Source: an uncultured Bacilli bacterium
Lineage (GTDB): Bacteria > Bacillota_I > Bacilli_A > RFN20 > CAG-449
Reading direction: 5' to 3'
Assembly: GCA_947627505.1 (NCBI GenBank)
Contig: CANQWG010000002.1
Span: 17,444 to 81,443 of the forward strand
DNA: 64,000 bases
Shown here: positions 37,697 through 46,721 of the stretch, one piece after another
How positions within the stretch are numbered: the stretch's first letter is position 1
How the letters are laid out: each line of letters begins with the position of its first letter
The notes under the pieces: model-generated
The model's database searches: none
What the model saw: only the letters and a program-made list of their open reading frames with translations
What the model was told of the DNA's origin: nothing
Translations under genes and position numbers: made by a program

Positions 37697-38974
37697 CTAT
37701 TCATAATACTCAAATTCAAAATCACAAAGAATCACAGTATCGCCGTCTTTAGCGCCCATCGCTTTTAATTCTTCATCGACTCCGATATTTCTTAAGATTG
37801 AAATCAGTTTCATGATTCCTTCATCAGTCGAAAGATTGATAAGCGAATACGTGCGTTCGATTCTTTCACCGCTGATTACAAAAGTGTCACTTTTGGTTTT
37901 GGTAATCTTGTACTCTTTTTTCATCTCTTCTTTGGCAGAGTAAACTTTCACTTCTTGATCTTTCGTCTCATAAAGCGGGAAAAGCGGCGTGACATCAAGT
38001 AATTGCTTTGCAGCATATAACATCTCTTCGATGCCTTGATGACGAACGGCAGACAACTTATATACTTGATATTGACCTTCAAGTTTTTCTTTGACCAAAT
38101 TATACTTTTCTTCACTTTGCGGATCTTCGACTTTGTTACAGGCGACAATCATCGGTCTTTTGATAAGATTAAATCCATAACTTTCAAGTTCCTGATTGAT
38201 CATTTTAAAATCCAACAAAGGATCTTCATGCTCCATATCTAGAACATGGATAATCACCCGACATCTTTCAATATGGCGTAAAAAATTCAAACCCAGTCCT
38301 TTTCCTTTATGCGCTCCTTCGATAAGTCCTGGAAGATCGGCGATTACAAACGATGAACCATCGGGTAAGTGCGTGACGCCGAGATTTGGAGTAATCGTCG
38401 TAAAAGGATAAGCGGCAATTTCAGGTTTAGCATTGCTGACGACGCTTAAAATCGTCGATTTACCGACACTTGGTAACCCTACTAACCCGACATCGGCTAA
38501 AAGTTTTAATTCCAATGTCAATGTCTTTTCTTCACCCGGCAAACCATTTTCCGCGACACGCGGTGCTCGATTTTTAGGGGACGCAAAACAAGCATTGCCG
38601 CGCCCACCGCGACCACCTTTAGCGACTAAAAACGTCTGCCCTTCAGTTGATAGATCACAAAGAAATAAATGTGATGGTTCCTCAAAAACGATGGTACCGC
38701 ATGGAACATCAAGATAGATATTATTTGCCGCGCGACCATACATTTTTTTGGCTAAACCTTTGCCACCTTCTTCGGCCTTGATGGTTTTAGCGTGACGATA
38801 ATTAATCAACGTCGATTCATCCGATGTAGCCCGTAAATAAATGCTACCGCCGCGCCCACCATTACCACCGCTTGGACCGCCGCGTTCAATGAATTTTTCG
38901 TGATGAAAGGCGATACATCCGTCTCCCCCTTTTCCGGCTTTGACAGTGAGTTTTGCTTTATCGATAAACATCAA
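37697..38974 (-). CDS. obg: GTPase Obg/CgtA
   Basis: Obg fold N-terminus (KAGKGGDG), G domain GLVGLPSVGKST, and a C-terminal TGS-like domain. Confidence 0.93.
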   Translation of the reverse strand: MMFIDKAKLTVKAGKGGDGCIAFHHEKFIERGGPSGGNGGRGGSIYLRATSDESTLINYRHAKTIKAEEGGKGLAKKMYGRAANNIYLDVPCGTIVFEEPSHLFLCDLSTEGQTFLVAKGGRGGRGNACFASPKNRAPRVAENGLPGEEKTLTLELKLLADVGLVGLPSVGKSTILSVVSNAKPEIAAYPFTTITPNLGVTHLPDGSSFVIADLPGLIEGAHKGKGLGLNFLRHIERCRVIIHVLDMEHEDPLLDFKMINQELESYGFNLIKRPMIVACNKVEDPQSEEKYNLVKEKLEGQYQVYKLSAVRHQGIEEMLYAAKQLLDVTPLFPLYETKDQEVKVYSAKEEMKKEYKITKTKSDTFVISGERIERTYSLINLSTDEGIMKLISILRNIGVDEELKAMGAKDGDTVILCDFEFEYYE

Positions 38975-39043
38975 GTTACCTCCTTCCGTTATGATATGTA
39001 TTTTTTTAATAAAAAAGCCATCCTTAACGGAGGCTTAGTTTTT

Positions 39044-39343
39044 TTATTTGTCTTGAACCGGTTCAACGATTGCCCGAGTTCTGTTTTTGCCCCAGCGCTT
39101 ATATCTTACGACACCATCGCAAGTTGCAAAAATCGTATCGTCGCCACCGCGCATCGTATTAAGACCCGGATAGATCTTGGTGCCACGTTGACGATAGATG
39201 ATTGATCCCGCGGTAGCAAATTGACCATCAGCCTTTTTGGCACCTAATCTTTTCGATTCGGAATCACGACCATTTTTGGTTGAACCAACACCTTTTTTAG
39301 AGGCGAATAATTGAATATTTAATTGGAATCTCATTTCTTGCAC
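39044..39343 (-). CDS. rpmA: 50S ribosomal protein L27
   Basis: N-terminus includes the Prp-cleaved extension motif FASKKG; 99 aa. Confidence 0.93.
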   Translation of the reverse strand: MQEMRFQLNIQLFASKKGVGSTKNGRDSESKRLGAKKADGQFATAGSIIYRQRGTKIYPGLNTMRGGDDTIFATCDGVVRYKRWGKNRTRAIVEPVQDK

Positions 39344-39654
39344 CTTCTTTCATTTTCAATTGTAATATTTTGAGGGTAAACTTGCTTTAATGTTTCTAAT
39401 TGAGTGATGATCACCTGAAGTTTTAAAACAGCACTATCGGACTCAACAATTTTGATTTTAGCTAATCCCTCTTTTAATGAAATCTCTTTGATTTCTTTAT
39501 CATCGAAAGCATTAAATCCTCCGGTGATAATTGAAGAGACACTCGCACAGACGACATCTTGACCATAGTGATCGTAATTTGCGTGACCTTTGACTTCTAG
39601 TCCACAAAGTCGATCAGAAGATCTAAACACTTTAGCGCGAATCATCTTAGGCAT
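39331..39654 (-). CDS. prp: ribosomal-processing cysteine protease Prp
   Basis: 107 aa between rplU and rpmA, with conserved His and Cys (GHAN...CASVS). Confidence 0.85.
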   Translation of the reverse strand: MPKMIRAKVFRSSDRLCGLEVKGHANYDHYGQDVVCASVSSIITGGFNAFDDKEIKEISLKEGLAKIKIVESDSAVLKLQVIITQLETLKQVYPQNITIENERRCKK

Positions 39655-39958
39655 TGATAGCTTCGATGGTTAAGCAAGTATAGGGTTGACGATGACCCTG
39701 ACGTCTGCGGTAATTCGCTTTACTCTTGTACTTGAAGACCAAGATTTTACGAGCTTTTCCTTGTTTTTCAACTTTTCCAACGACAGTTGCACCTTCTAAT
39801 AATGGTGAACCAACTTTCGCTTCGCCCTCACCGCCGACAAGAAGCACTTTATCAAAGGTAACACTTGAACCAACTTCCGCGTCGATTTTTTCAACGTAGA
39901 TCTTGCTTCCGACTTCGACTTTGATTTGCTTTCCGCCAGTTTCAATAATTGCGTACAT
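39647..39958 (-). CDS. rplU: 50S ribosomal protein L21
   Basis: [11 protein letters not shown]... signature N-terminus; 103 aa. Confidence 0.93.
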   Translation of the reverse strand: MYAIIETGGKQIKVEVGSKIYVEKIDAEVGSSVTFDKVLLVGGEGEAKVGSPLLEGATVVGKVEKQGKARKILVFKYKSKANYRRRQGHRQPYTCLTIEAINA

Positions 39959-40100
39959 TCTTTAGGCACCTCCTATTGTGTAGATTTAGACTCGCTCTTA
40001 AGGTCGAGCATTCGCTCAGTTATTTACCTTTTTGAGGCGGTTGAAGCCCTCCACTGAGGCGACAACATTCAAATAATATCATTCACTTTGCTCACTTTCA
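39959..40100 (-). promoter_or_regulatory. putative structured 5' leader of the rplU-prp-rpmA operon (L21-leader-type autoregulatory element)
   Basis: A ~140-nt untranslated region upstream of rplU with a GC-rich helix (GGAGGGC...GCCTC). Firmicutes carry an L21 leader at this position. Confidence 0.45.
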
Positions 40101-40223
40101 AGCATTTGAAAGTCAAATTATATAAAAAATCAGCTTTTGCTCAAAGAAAAAGTTCCTCGTTTTATTACACTCATAAAGTTAAATATTTGATGAATAGCAT
40201 TTAATATCTTTAAGTTATTAAAC

Positions 40224-41000
40224 CTATTTATCAACCGATTGATATTTTTGATCTTTGACTATTTTTTCAATCAATTGATCTTCATTGTAGATTGTATGGT
40301 TTTCCAAATAGTAATTGTTAGAATAGCGATAGATTTCCTTCTTTGTATTCACACGTTCGTGAAGCGGTTTTTTATTTCCAAGACGTCTTAAAATATCTTT
40401 GAAAAAATCTTTTTTCAATCGCATCCATTGGGCTATTAATGAAAAGGCGATAAAGATCATCAAGATAATTTGACGATTAGTGATACAAAGATAACCGATG
40501 TAAAAAAATGTCAAAACGTTGAAGATGAGTCGCACGACACGCAACTTATATTCATCTAAAAAACGGGCGCCGATCACATCGACGATACGACCGCCATCCA
40601 AAGGATAAAAAGGTAATAAATTAAATAGCAATACCGCTTGATTGGAAATCATACCCTGTTCAAAACCATATATTGAAATAAGGTCCATTCGATACATTAA
40701 TGTTAAAATTCCCCAGGAAATAAAATAACTCAAGGGTCCAGAGATAATGACGATGATTTGAGTCAAGAGATTTTTTTGTTCCAATCCTTGAATCTGTGCA
40801 TAAAATCCAAAAGGCAAAAAATGGATTTCAGGAACTGCGACTTTAAATATTTTTGCGCTACAAACGTGCGACATTTCGTGGATAAAAGCGATAAGATAAT
40901 GAATAAATAAATATAAAAAACGATTAAAAACAAAACCCATGACGATGTACACGATCGTCAATGGGTCGACGAAAAAAAGACTATAAGACGGCTTCTTCAT
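40224..41000 (-). CDS. spoIVFB: site-2 (M50) intramembrane zinc metalloprotease, SpoIVFB-like
   Basis: HExxH (HEMSHV) within a TM helix and an LDG motif (NLLPFYPLDGGR). Position after the spoIVFA-like gene. Confidence 0.75.
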   Translation of the reverse strand: MKKPSYSLFFVDPLTIVYIVMGFVFNRFLYLFIHYLIAFIHEMSHVCSAKIFKVAVPEIHFLPFGFYAQIQGLEQKNLLTQIIVIISGPLSYFISWGILTLMYRMDLISIYGFEQGMISNQAVLLFNLLPFYPLDGGRIVDVIGARFLDEYKLRVVRLIFNVLTFFYIGYLCITNRQIILMIFIAFSLIAQWMRLKKDFFKDILRRLGNKKPLHERVNTKKEIYRYSNNYYLENHTIYNEDQLIEKIVKDQKYQSVDK

Positions 41001-41559
41001 ATTTTATAAGATGATTTTCTTTTGAAAACAAAACTTTAAATTTGCCATTATAAGTTCCAAGAGTGTCACCTGCTTTAAGCTGATCGTAAACTTTCACTTC
41101 GATCGTCTGTAGCATGAAGTATGTGGCGACCACTCCGTTATCTAAAGAAGCGATCACAATTTGTCCTTCACTATCGGAACTCGTAAAAAGAATTGTGCCA
41201 GGTTTAAGCATCAAAACTTCGTTAGTTTCATAACTGAAATAATTTTCACCCTCATTGATGTAAGCGACAGAACCATTAACCGTTTGCTCATTACCTAAAG
41301 CGTTTTGATTGTTGAAAATATTAAAATTAAAAACCGAATTTAAGAATGATGAAATATTTTCATTCATGGTTACGAATGAAGTTTCAATGTTAAAATGTTC
41401 TTTAAGAAAAGAGCCATTTTCATCTTTTTTGGCGTAGATTAAAAAACCCATAGCCATCGTAAAGATCATCATCAGTAAAGAAAGAGTTCGCCAAATCGTC
41501 GTTTTTTTCTTTTGATATTGTCGTTCGATACGTCTTTTAATTTTTTCTATCGATTCCAT
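40981..41559 (-). CDS. spoIVFA: SpoIVFA-like membrane protein with a degenerate LytM/M23 domain
   Basis: N-terminal basic region plus a single TM. C-terminal degenerate M23 fold (DNGVVATY...GDTLGT). Sits between minD and spoIVFB as in B. subtilis. Confidence 0.5.
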   Translation of the reverse strand: MESIEKIKRRIERQYQKKKTTIWRTLSLLMMIFTMAMGFLIYAKKDENGSFLKEHFNIETSFVTMNENISSFLNSVFNFNIFNNQNALGNEQTVNGSVAYINEGENYFSYETNEVLMLKPGTILFTSSDSEGQIVIASLDNGVVATYFMLQTIEVKVYDQLKAGDTLGTYNGKFKVLFSKENHLIKYEEAVL

Positions 41560-41591
41560 ATTCTTAGTCCTTTTCTAAAAAATTATATGTT

Positions 41592-42284
41592 TTAAACTGC
41601 GATAACATTCATAATTATATTGAAGAGTTTCTCTTGATCTTTTCGTCGCCCTTTAAAAAGCAATTTGTCGACATCGCATTCTTCAAAAGAAAAAACTCTT
41701 TCTAATCCGAGGCGATATTTAATTTCATCGATTCGTCGTAACAAATTCGCTCTTTTTAAGCGAGTGCGATTCAAGACACCGGTTATTTCAAGATTACCTT
41801 GCGCCTTTAAAAGTTTGATGACTAATTTGCTGTCATGGAGACTGCACTCTTCATCATTTACAATAACTAACGCTTGCGTCGCATTTTTTTTAGCGATATA
41901 AAAACCATCATCAATTCCCGCCGGAGAATCAATCAAGATGTAGTCATAGTCACTTTTCAATTCTTCGATCACTTGATCAAGAAAAATTTCCGGGAAATTT
42001 CTGACGTCGCTTTTTAAGCATAAAGGCAAAACATGAAGCGATGGTTCAAAATCATCGTATTCCAAGGCATCTTGTATCGTACATCGCCCTTTAATAACAT
42101 CGGAGATATCATATCTGGCTTTTTGAGAGATTTTTAAGACCAAATCCACGTTTTTTAAACCAAGATCGGCATCGATAATGAGTACACGATATTTTCGTTT
42201 GGCAAGTGTCTTACCAAGCAAAGAAGTAAAAGTTGTTTTTCCGACGCCACCTTTTCCGGAGGTAATTACGAAAATATCGCGCAT
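41592..42284 (-). CDS. minD: septum site-determining ATPase MinD
   Basis: Deviant Walker A GKGGVGKTT; ParA/MinD family; 230 aa. Confidence 0.85.
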   Translation of the reverse strand: MRDIFVITSGKGGVGKTTFTSLLGKTLAKRKYRVLIIDADLGLKNVDLVLKISQKARYDISDVIKGRCTIQDALEYDDFEPSLHVLPLCLKSDVRNFPEIFLDQVIEELKSDYDYILIDSPAGIDDGFYIAKKNATQALVIVNDEECSLHDSKLVIKLLKAQGNLEITGVLNRTRLKRANLLRRIDEIKYRLGLERVFSFEECDVDKLLFKGRRKDQEKLFNIIMNVIAV

Positions 42285-42775
42285 AAGTCCTCCTTATAAG
42301 ATAGGTTACATTCATTGATTGTACACGGAAAAAACGAACCTGATGGATGCACTAATTTAGCGTTATCCAGTTTTTTGGCGATCAATTTAGCCTCCGTATT
42401 TTCAAAAATGATCGTCCCTTTTACTTCGCTCATAATCACTAGTTCGCTTTGCAAATGAATTACCGTCGTATCTTCTATCGGAAAAAATATAATCGTCGGT
42501 TTTTGAATCGTTATCTCATCAGGGAAAACATCTTCTTTAAGAATTTGAACTTCGTTTTTAATCACTTTATATGAATTGATAAAACCCGATTGATAATAAT
42601 CTAGCCGACCAAGCAAGGGTAAAAAAACATCGTCGAAAATATCTTTATTGACGATAACATCGATACTCAAAATATCGTTCGACTCTTTGCATTCGCTCAA
42701 GGCTTTCTCTAAATCTACAAAACCTTGCGACACATCACTCTCTTTTTCACAAAGCCATGTGTAATTGATTGTCAT
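42266..42775 (-). CDS. minC: septum site-determining protein MinC (short form)
   Basis: 169 aa with a C-terminal beta-helix domain. Overlaps the minD start. Confidence 0.6.
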   Translation of the reverse strand: MTINYTWLCEKESDVSQGFVDLEKALSECKESNDILSIDVIVNKDIFDDVFLPLLGRLDYYQSGFINSYKVIKNEVQILKEDVFPDEITIQKPTIIFFPIEDTTVIHLQSELVIMSEVKGTIIFENTEAKLIAKKLDNAKLVHPSGSFFPCTINECNLSYKEDLCAIFS

Positions 42776-42827
42776 TTAATCACCTCGTAAATAGAGATTA
42801 TAGATTTATAAGGTGTCGAAATGATGG

Positions 42828-43526
42828 CTATTCAGTCGAGTGATCGATATTTATTAACTTTTTTTCTTTTAATGAATAGGCTTTGGTAAGCCCCACGATC
42901 AGATGATCGATCAAAGCGATTCCCAAAGTCAAAGCGACGATCATCAATTGATTGGTCGTTTTGATATCTTCATTTGACGGAGCGACATTATCGCTTGGAT
43001 GATTGTGCAATAAATATACCTTTTTGGCTCCATCTTTAATGGCCAAGCGAAAAATATCGCGGTAATCGCCAAACACGCTAGTTTCAGTACCTTTATAAAC
43101 TAAATGAAAAGCGATAAGCTTATTGGTTCGAGTAAGTGATGCCAAATATAAATTTTCTTGTCGTTCACCTAAAAAGCGCGGCGCAAAAAACGATATCACT
43201 TTGTTTGCATCGTCAAAGATTATGCTCGTTTGATGACTAAGATCAATCATTCTGTGTCGCATTTCTTCCACGGCCTTAATCGTCAAAGCTTTGACTTCAT
43301 TTATGCCACGATACTTGATTATTTCATCAAATGGAGCCTCAAAGACATTCAATAATCCGTTAAATTCGTAAATCAATTCTCGCGAAAGGTCTAAGGCCGA
43401 TTTATTTTTAGTACCGCTTGATAGCACGATAGCTAATAATTCTTCATCGCTTAAACTTTTAAAGCCGTAGAGTTTTGCTTTTTCGCGCGGTCGTAATAAT
43501 GGTGGTATCTCTTTGATTTTAGCCAT
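42828..43526 (-). CDS. radC: RadC-like JAB/MPN-domain protein (UPF0758)
   Basis: HhH N-terminus (SDEELLAIVLSSG) and JAMM motif HNHPSD. I place the start at the ATG (MAKIKEIPPL), not the GTG 3 codons upstream. Confidence 0.8.
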   Translation of the reverse strand: MAKIKEIPPLLRPREKAKLYGFKSLSDEELLAIVLSSGTKNKSALDLSRELIYEFNGLLNVFEAPFDEIIKYRGINEVKALTIKAVEEMRHRMIDLSHQTSIIFDDANKVISFFAPRFLGERQENLYLASLTRTNKLIAFHLVYKGTETSVFGDYRDIFRLAIKDGAKKVYLLHNHPSDNVAPSNEDIKTTNQLMIVALTLGIALIDHLIVGLTKAYSLKEKKLINIDHSTE

Positions 43527-43705
43527 TATTTCCACTCGAAGCGATAGCCACCGGGCAAGGTTGTCGAACCGGTACTAGACATAAAAAGGCGATAACAAAT
43601 CACCGCTAAAAGGGCCGCCGACATCACAGCTAAAACCATCGTTAAAGTGATCGCTTCGCCACCTTTAATAAGAGCCATTTCATCGTTATTTAATTTTCTC
43701 ATCAT
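43526..43705 (-). CDS. unannotated 59-aa peptide with a double-glycine-type leader (MMRKLNNDEMALIKGG | EAITLTMVLAVMSAALLAVICYRLFMSSTGSTTLPGGYRFEWK)
   Basis: ATGATG start preceded by a GGAGG RBS at the correct spacing. Its stop TAA overlaps the radC ATG (TAATG). The leader matches the L(-12) E(-8) hydrophobic(-7) I(-4) G(-2) G(-1) consensus. It is below the 60-aa ORF-track cutoff. Confidence 0.55.
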   Translation of the reverse strand: MMRKLNNDEMALIKGGEAITLTMVLAVMSAALLAVICYRLFMSSTGSTTLPGGYRFEWK

Positions 43706-43745
43706 ATATCCTCCTATCTATCAATAAGAGAATATTTTACAAATT

Positions 43746-43769
43746 AAAAAAAACGGACGAGCCGTTTTT
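43746..43769 (-). terminator. rho-independent terminator immediately after the valS stop
   Basis: Hairpin AAAACGG-CTCGT-CCGTTTT followed by a T-run on the minus strand. Confidence 0.7.
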
Positions 43770-46358
43770 TTATAAATTGTTCTTTTTATCGCGATATTCT
43801 TGAAGTTGTTTTTTGTAATCAGCTAATTTCTTTTGCTCTAAAGCGACCTTTTCTTTTGGAGCTTTGGCTATAAAGTTTTCGTTAGAGAGCATCTTTTCCC
43901 CTCTTGCAACTTCTTGTTCCAAACGTTCGATTTCAGCATTTAAAGTCGCAAGTAATTTTTCTTTGTCGACATTATCTTTGATGACCATCGTTGCCAATTG
44001 ATAAACACGGGGATTTCCATCTTTAAACTCATTTACAAAGTTGATCTTTGAAGCGAAAGTCATTCGCTTTAAGAATGGTAATAAAATTTCAACCAGCGGT
44101 CGTTGATTTGTAATTATTTCTAATTCAATCGGGGCGTTAGGCGCTAATTTACAATCGACTTTGTAGCTACGGACATCTTTGATCATCTTAATTAAATCGA
44201 GAACGATCATCTCGGATTTTTCATCATACCGCTCTTTGGATACTTCTGGATAAGTTTCAAGCATTATCGATTCCAGGTGATGCGGTAATTGTTGATAGAT
44301 TTCTTCCGCAATGAAAGGAACATACGGATAAATTAAAATTACGATATCTTTAAGTACTTTTAATAAAACCGCTTTAGTATTACGTACAGATTCAACGTCT
44401 GCAGTATTTAATTTGACTTTGGCTAATTCCAAATACCACGAAGTGAAATCATCGTAAACAAAATTGTACAAGTGAGTCGAAGCATTGGCAAAATCGTATT
44501 TATCCATATTCAAAGTAACGTTTTCAACGCACTTATTGAGTCTCGACAAAATAAAACGATCGAGGACATCGAGTTTTGAATCATCGATATCGAGTTTTTC
44601 TTCCTTTTCGAGATTAAGCAAAATAAAGCGAGCCGCATTCCATATTTTATTGAGATAATTGCTCGCGGACTGTAATTTGATGTCACTATAACGAGTATCA
44701 AGGCCCGGTGACGTTGAAGTAGTTAAGAAATACCTTAAAGCATCAACTCCATATTTTTCAATGACATCGATAGGATCGATTCCGTTGCCTAAGGACTTGG
44801 ACATCTTTCGTCCTTGCTCATCACGAATAAGGCCGTGAATCAAAACTTTTTTAAAGGGATGCGTATCGGTGAATTCCAAGCCTTGGAAAATCATTCGCGA
44901 CACCCAAAAAAAGATAATATCGTATGCCGTCACTAAAACGTCAAGCGGATAGTAACGTTTTAAATCTTCGGTTTTCTCGGGCCATCCAAGGGTTGAAAAC
45001 GGCCATAACGCACTTGAAAACCACGTATCGAGGACATCTTCATCTTGGATGTAATTTTCAAGATCTTTCGGTGGTTCTTCGCACACGATCATTTCCCCGG
45101 TAGTTTTGTGGTAATACGCCGGGATTCGATGTCCCCACCAAAGTTGGCGAGAAATACACCAATCTTCGCAATCCTTCATCCAATTGGTGAAGATTTTTTC
45201 AAATCTTTCCGGAATAAAATCGACGCGATTTTCACTCTTTTGAGCTTCAAGAGCCTGCATTGCCAAGGGTTTCATTTTTACAAACCACTGTTTTGACAAA
45301 TATGGTTCGACGACGCATTTGCTTCGTTCCGAATGGCCAACCGGATGGACGATATTTTCAATCTTGATTAAATTACCTTCTTTTTCAATTGCTGCGACTA
45401 ATTTATCGCGACATTCGTAACGATCTAATCCGACGTATTTTTCACCACACAAGTCATTCATCGTAGCGTCTTCATTCATACAGATCGGATGGGGAAGATG
45501 ATGACGTTTAGCAATTTCAAAATCATTCGGATCATGTGCCGGGGTACATTTCATGGCGCCCGTTCCAAATTCAATATCTACGTACTCATCGCCAATTATA
45601 GGTAATTCTTCGTGATTTGCCGGATTGATAACTTTTTTTCCGATTAGGTCTTTATAACGCTCATCGCGAGGATTGACGACGACACAAACATCGCCAAACA
45701 TCGTTTCAGGACGGGTAGTAGCGACCTCTAGAAATCGCGAAGTTCCGACAATTTGATATTTGAAATAATAAAATTTTCCTTGATCGTCGCTATGGATAAC
45801 TTCGATATTGCTGAGCGCAGTTTTTAAAACCGGATCCCAATTGATGATTTTCTCGCCACGATAAATCAAGCCTTTTTTGTACAATTCGCAAAAGACATGA
45901 CGAACCGCTTTATTAAGTCCTTCATCCAACGTAAAACGTTCGCGATTATAATCTAGCGATAGACCCATCATTTTCCATTGGTCATGAATTGTTTCACTGT
46001 ATTCTTTCTTCCATTCATAGGCTTTTTCTAAGAACTTCTCACGTCCTAAATCATATCGTGAGATTCCTTCTTTCCGCAATCGTTCTTCGACTTTGGCTTG
46101 GGTCGCAATGCCGGCATGATCCATTCCCGGCACCCATAAAACATCGTATCCTTTCGCCCGTTTATATCTTGCGATAATATCTTGAATCGTCGTATTCCAA
46201 GCGTGACCTAAATGTAATTTACCGGTAACGTTCGGTGGGGGAATAACCATCGAAAATTTAGTTTTCGTTAAATCCTTAGTGCCAAAATATCCGCGTTTTT
46301 TCCACTCGTCATACTTTCCTTTTTCGACTTCATGATGATCATAATGTTTGCTAAGCAT
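43770..46358 (-). CDS. valS: valyl-tRNA synthetase
   Basis: HIGH (PPNVTGKLHLGHA) and KMSKS motifs. 862 aa with a C-terminal coiled coil. Confidence 0.95.
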   Translation of the reverse strand: MLSKHYDHHEVEKGKYDEWKKRGYFGTKDLTKTKFSMVIPPPNVTGKLHLGHAWNTTIQDIIARYKRAKGYDVLWVPGMDHAGIATQAKVEERLRKEGISRYDLGREKFLEKAYEWKKEYSETIHDQWKMMGLSLDYNRERFTLDEGLNKAVRHVFCELYKKGLIYRGEKIINWDPVLKTALSNIEVIHSDDQGKFYYFKYQIVGTSRFLEVATTRPETMFGDVCVVVNPRDERYKDLIGKKVINPANHEELPIIGDEYVDIEFGTGAMKCTPAHDPNDFEIAKRHHLPHPICMNEDATMNDLCGEKYVGLDRYECRDKLVAAIEKEGNLIKIENIVHPVGHSERSKCVVEPYLSKQWFVKMKPLAMQALEAQKSENRVDFIPERFEKIFTNWMKDCEDWCISRQLWWGHRIPAYYHKTTGEMIVCEEPPKDLENYIQDEDVLDTWFSSALWPFSTLGWPEKTEDLKRYYPLDVLVTAYDIIFFWVSRMIFQGLEFTDTHPFKKVLIHGLIRDEQGRKMSKSLGNGIDPIDVIEKYGVDALRYFLTTSTSPGLDTRYSDIKLQSASNYLNKIWNAARFILLNLEKEEKLDIDDSKLDVLDRFILSRLNKCVENVTLNMDKYDFANASTHLYNFVYDDFTSWYLELAKVKLNTADVESVRNTKAVLLKVLKDIVILIYPYVPFIAEEIYQQLPHHLESIMLETYPEVSKERYDEKSEMIVLDLIKMIKDVRSYKVDCKLAPNAPIELEIITNQRPLVEILLPFLKRMTFASKINFVNEFKDGNPRVYQLATMVIKDNVDKEKLLATLNAEIERLEQEVARGEKMLSNENFIAKAPKEKVALEQKKLADYKKQLQEYRDKKNNL

Positions 46359-46379
46359 ATACGTTTTCTCCTTTTAATA

Positions 46380-46616
46380 AAAAAACGTCCGTTTAAGGAC
46401 GCTTATGCGTGGTACCACCTTAATTCAACCATTTTGGTTGCACTCTTTACAGGCGATAACGGTGCCTTCCGGGGAGATTAATCCCATACTCCCGAGCGAC
46501 CATCTTCAAGTTTCTTCAGCTTTTTTCACCGACCAAAGCCTCTCTTAGAATACCTCTTGAAGAACCTCTCGTTCTTCGTACTTTCATATTATTTTATAAA
46601 AAAGCGACGATGTCAA
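46380..46616 (-). promoter_or_regulatory. T-box riboswitch leader of valS (promoter, stem I, T-box antiterminator sequence and terminator)
   Basis: The minus-strand sequence AATTAAGGTGGTACCACG matches the conserved T-box. It is followed by the terminator GCGTCC-TTAAAC-GGACGT+T6 just upstream of the valS start. A TTGACA -35 lies at 46611-46616. Confidence 0.8.
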
Positions 46617-46661
46617 CATTATTTTTTAAAGTATGTCTCCGATTTGTGCGTTTTTTAATAA

Positions 46662-46685
46662 AAAAATCACAATAATGTGATTTTT
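46662..46685 (-). terminator. bidirectional terminator after nadE
   Basis: Hairpin AAAAATCACA-ATAA-TGTGATTTTT. Confidence 0.7.
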
Positions 46686-46721
46686 CTATTTGGTATCATT
46701 TTAATTTTAAATGAATTTAAC

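Noticed and set aside
43526-43705. Alternative reading of the GG-leader peptide as a type IV prepilin or pseudopilin
   Set aside because: The leader is acidic and hydrophobic (LNNDEMALIKGG) rather than short and basic. There is no Glu at +5 and no F/M-T-L-I-E motif after the Gly. The double-glycine model fits much better.
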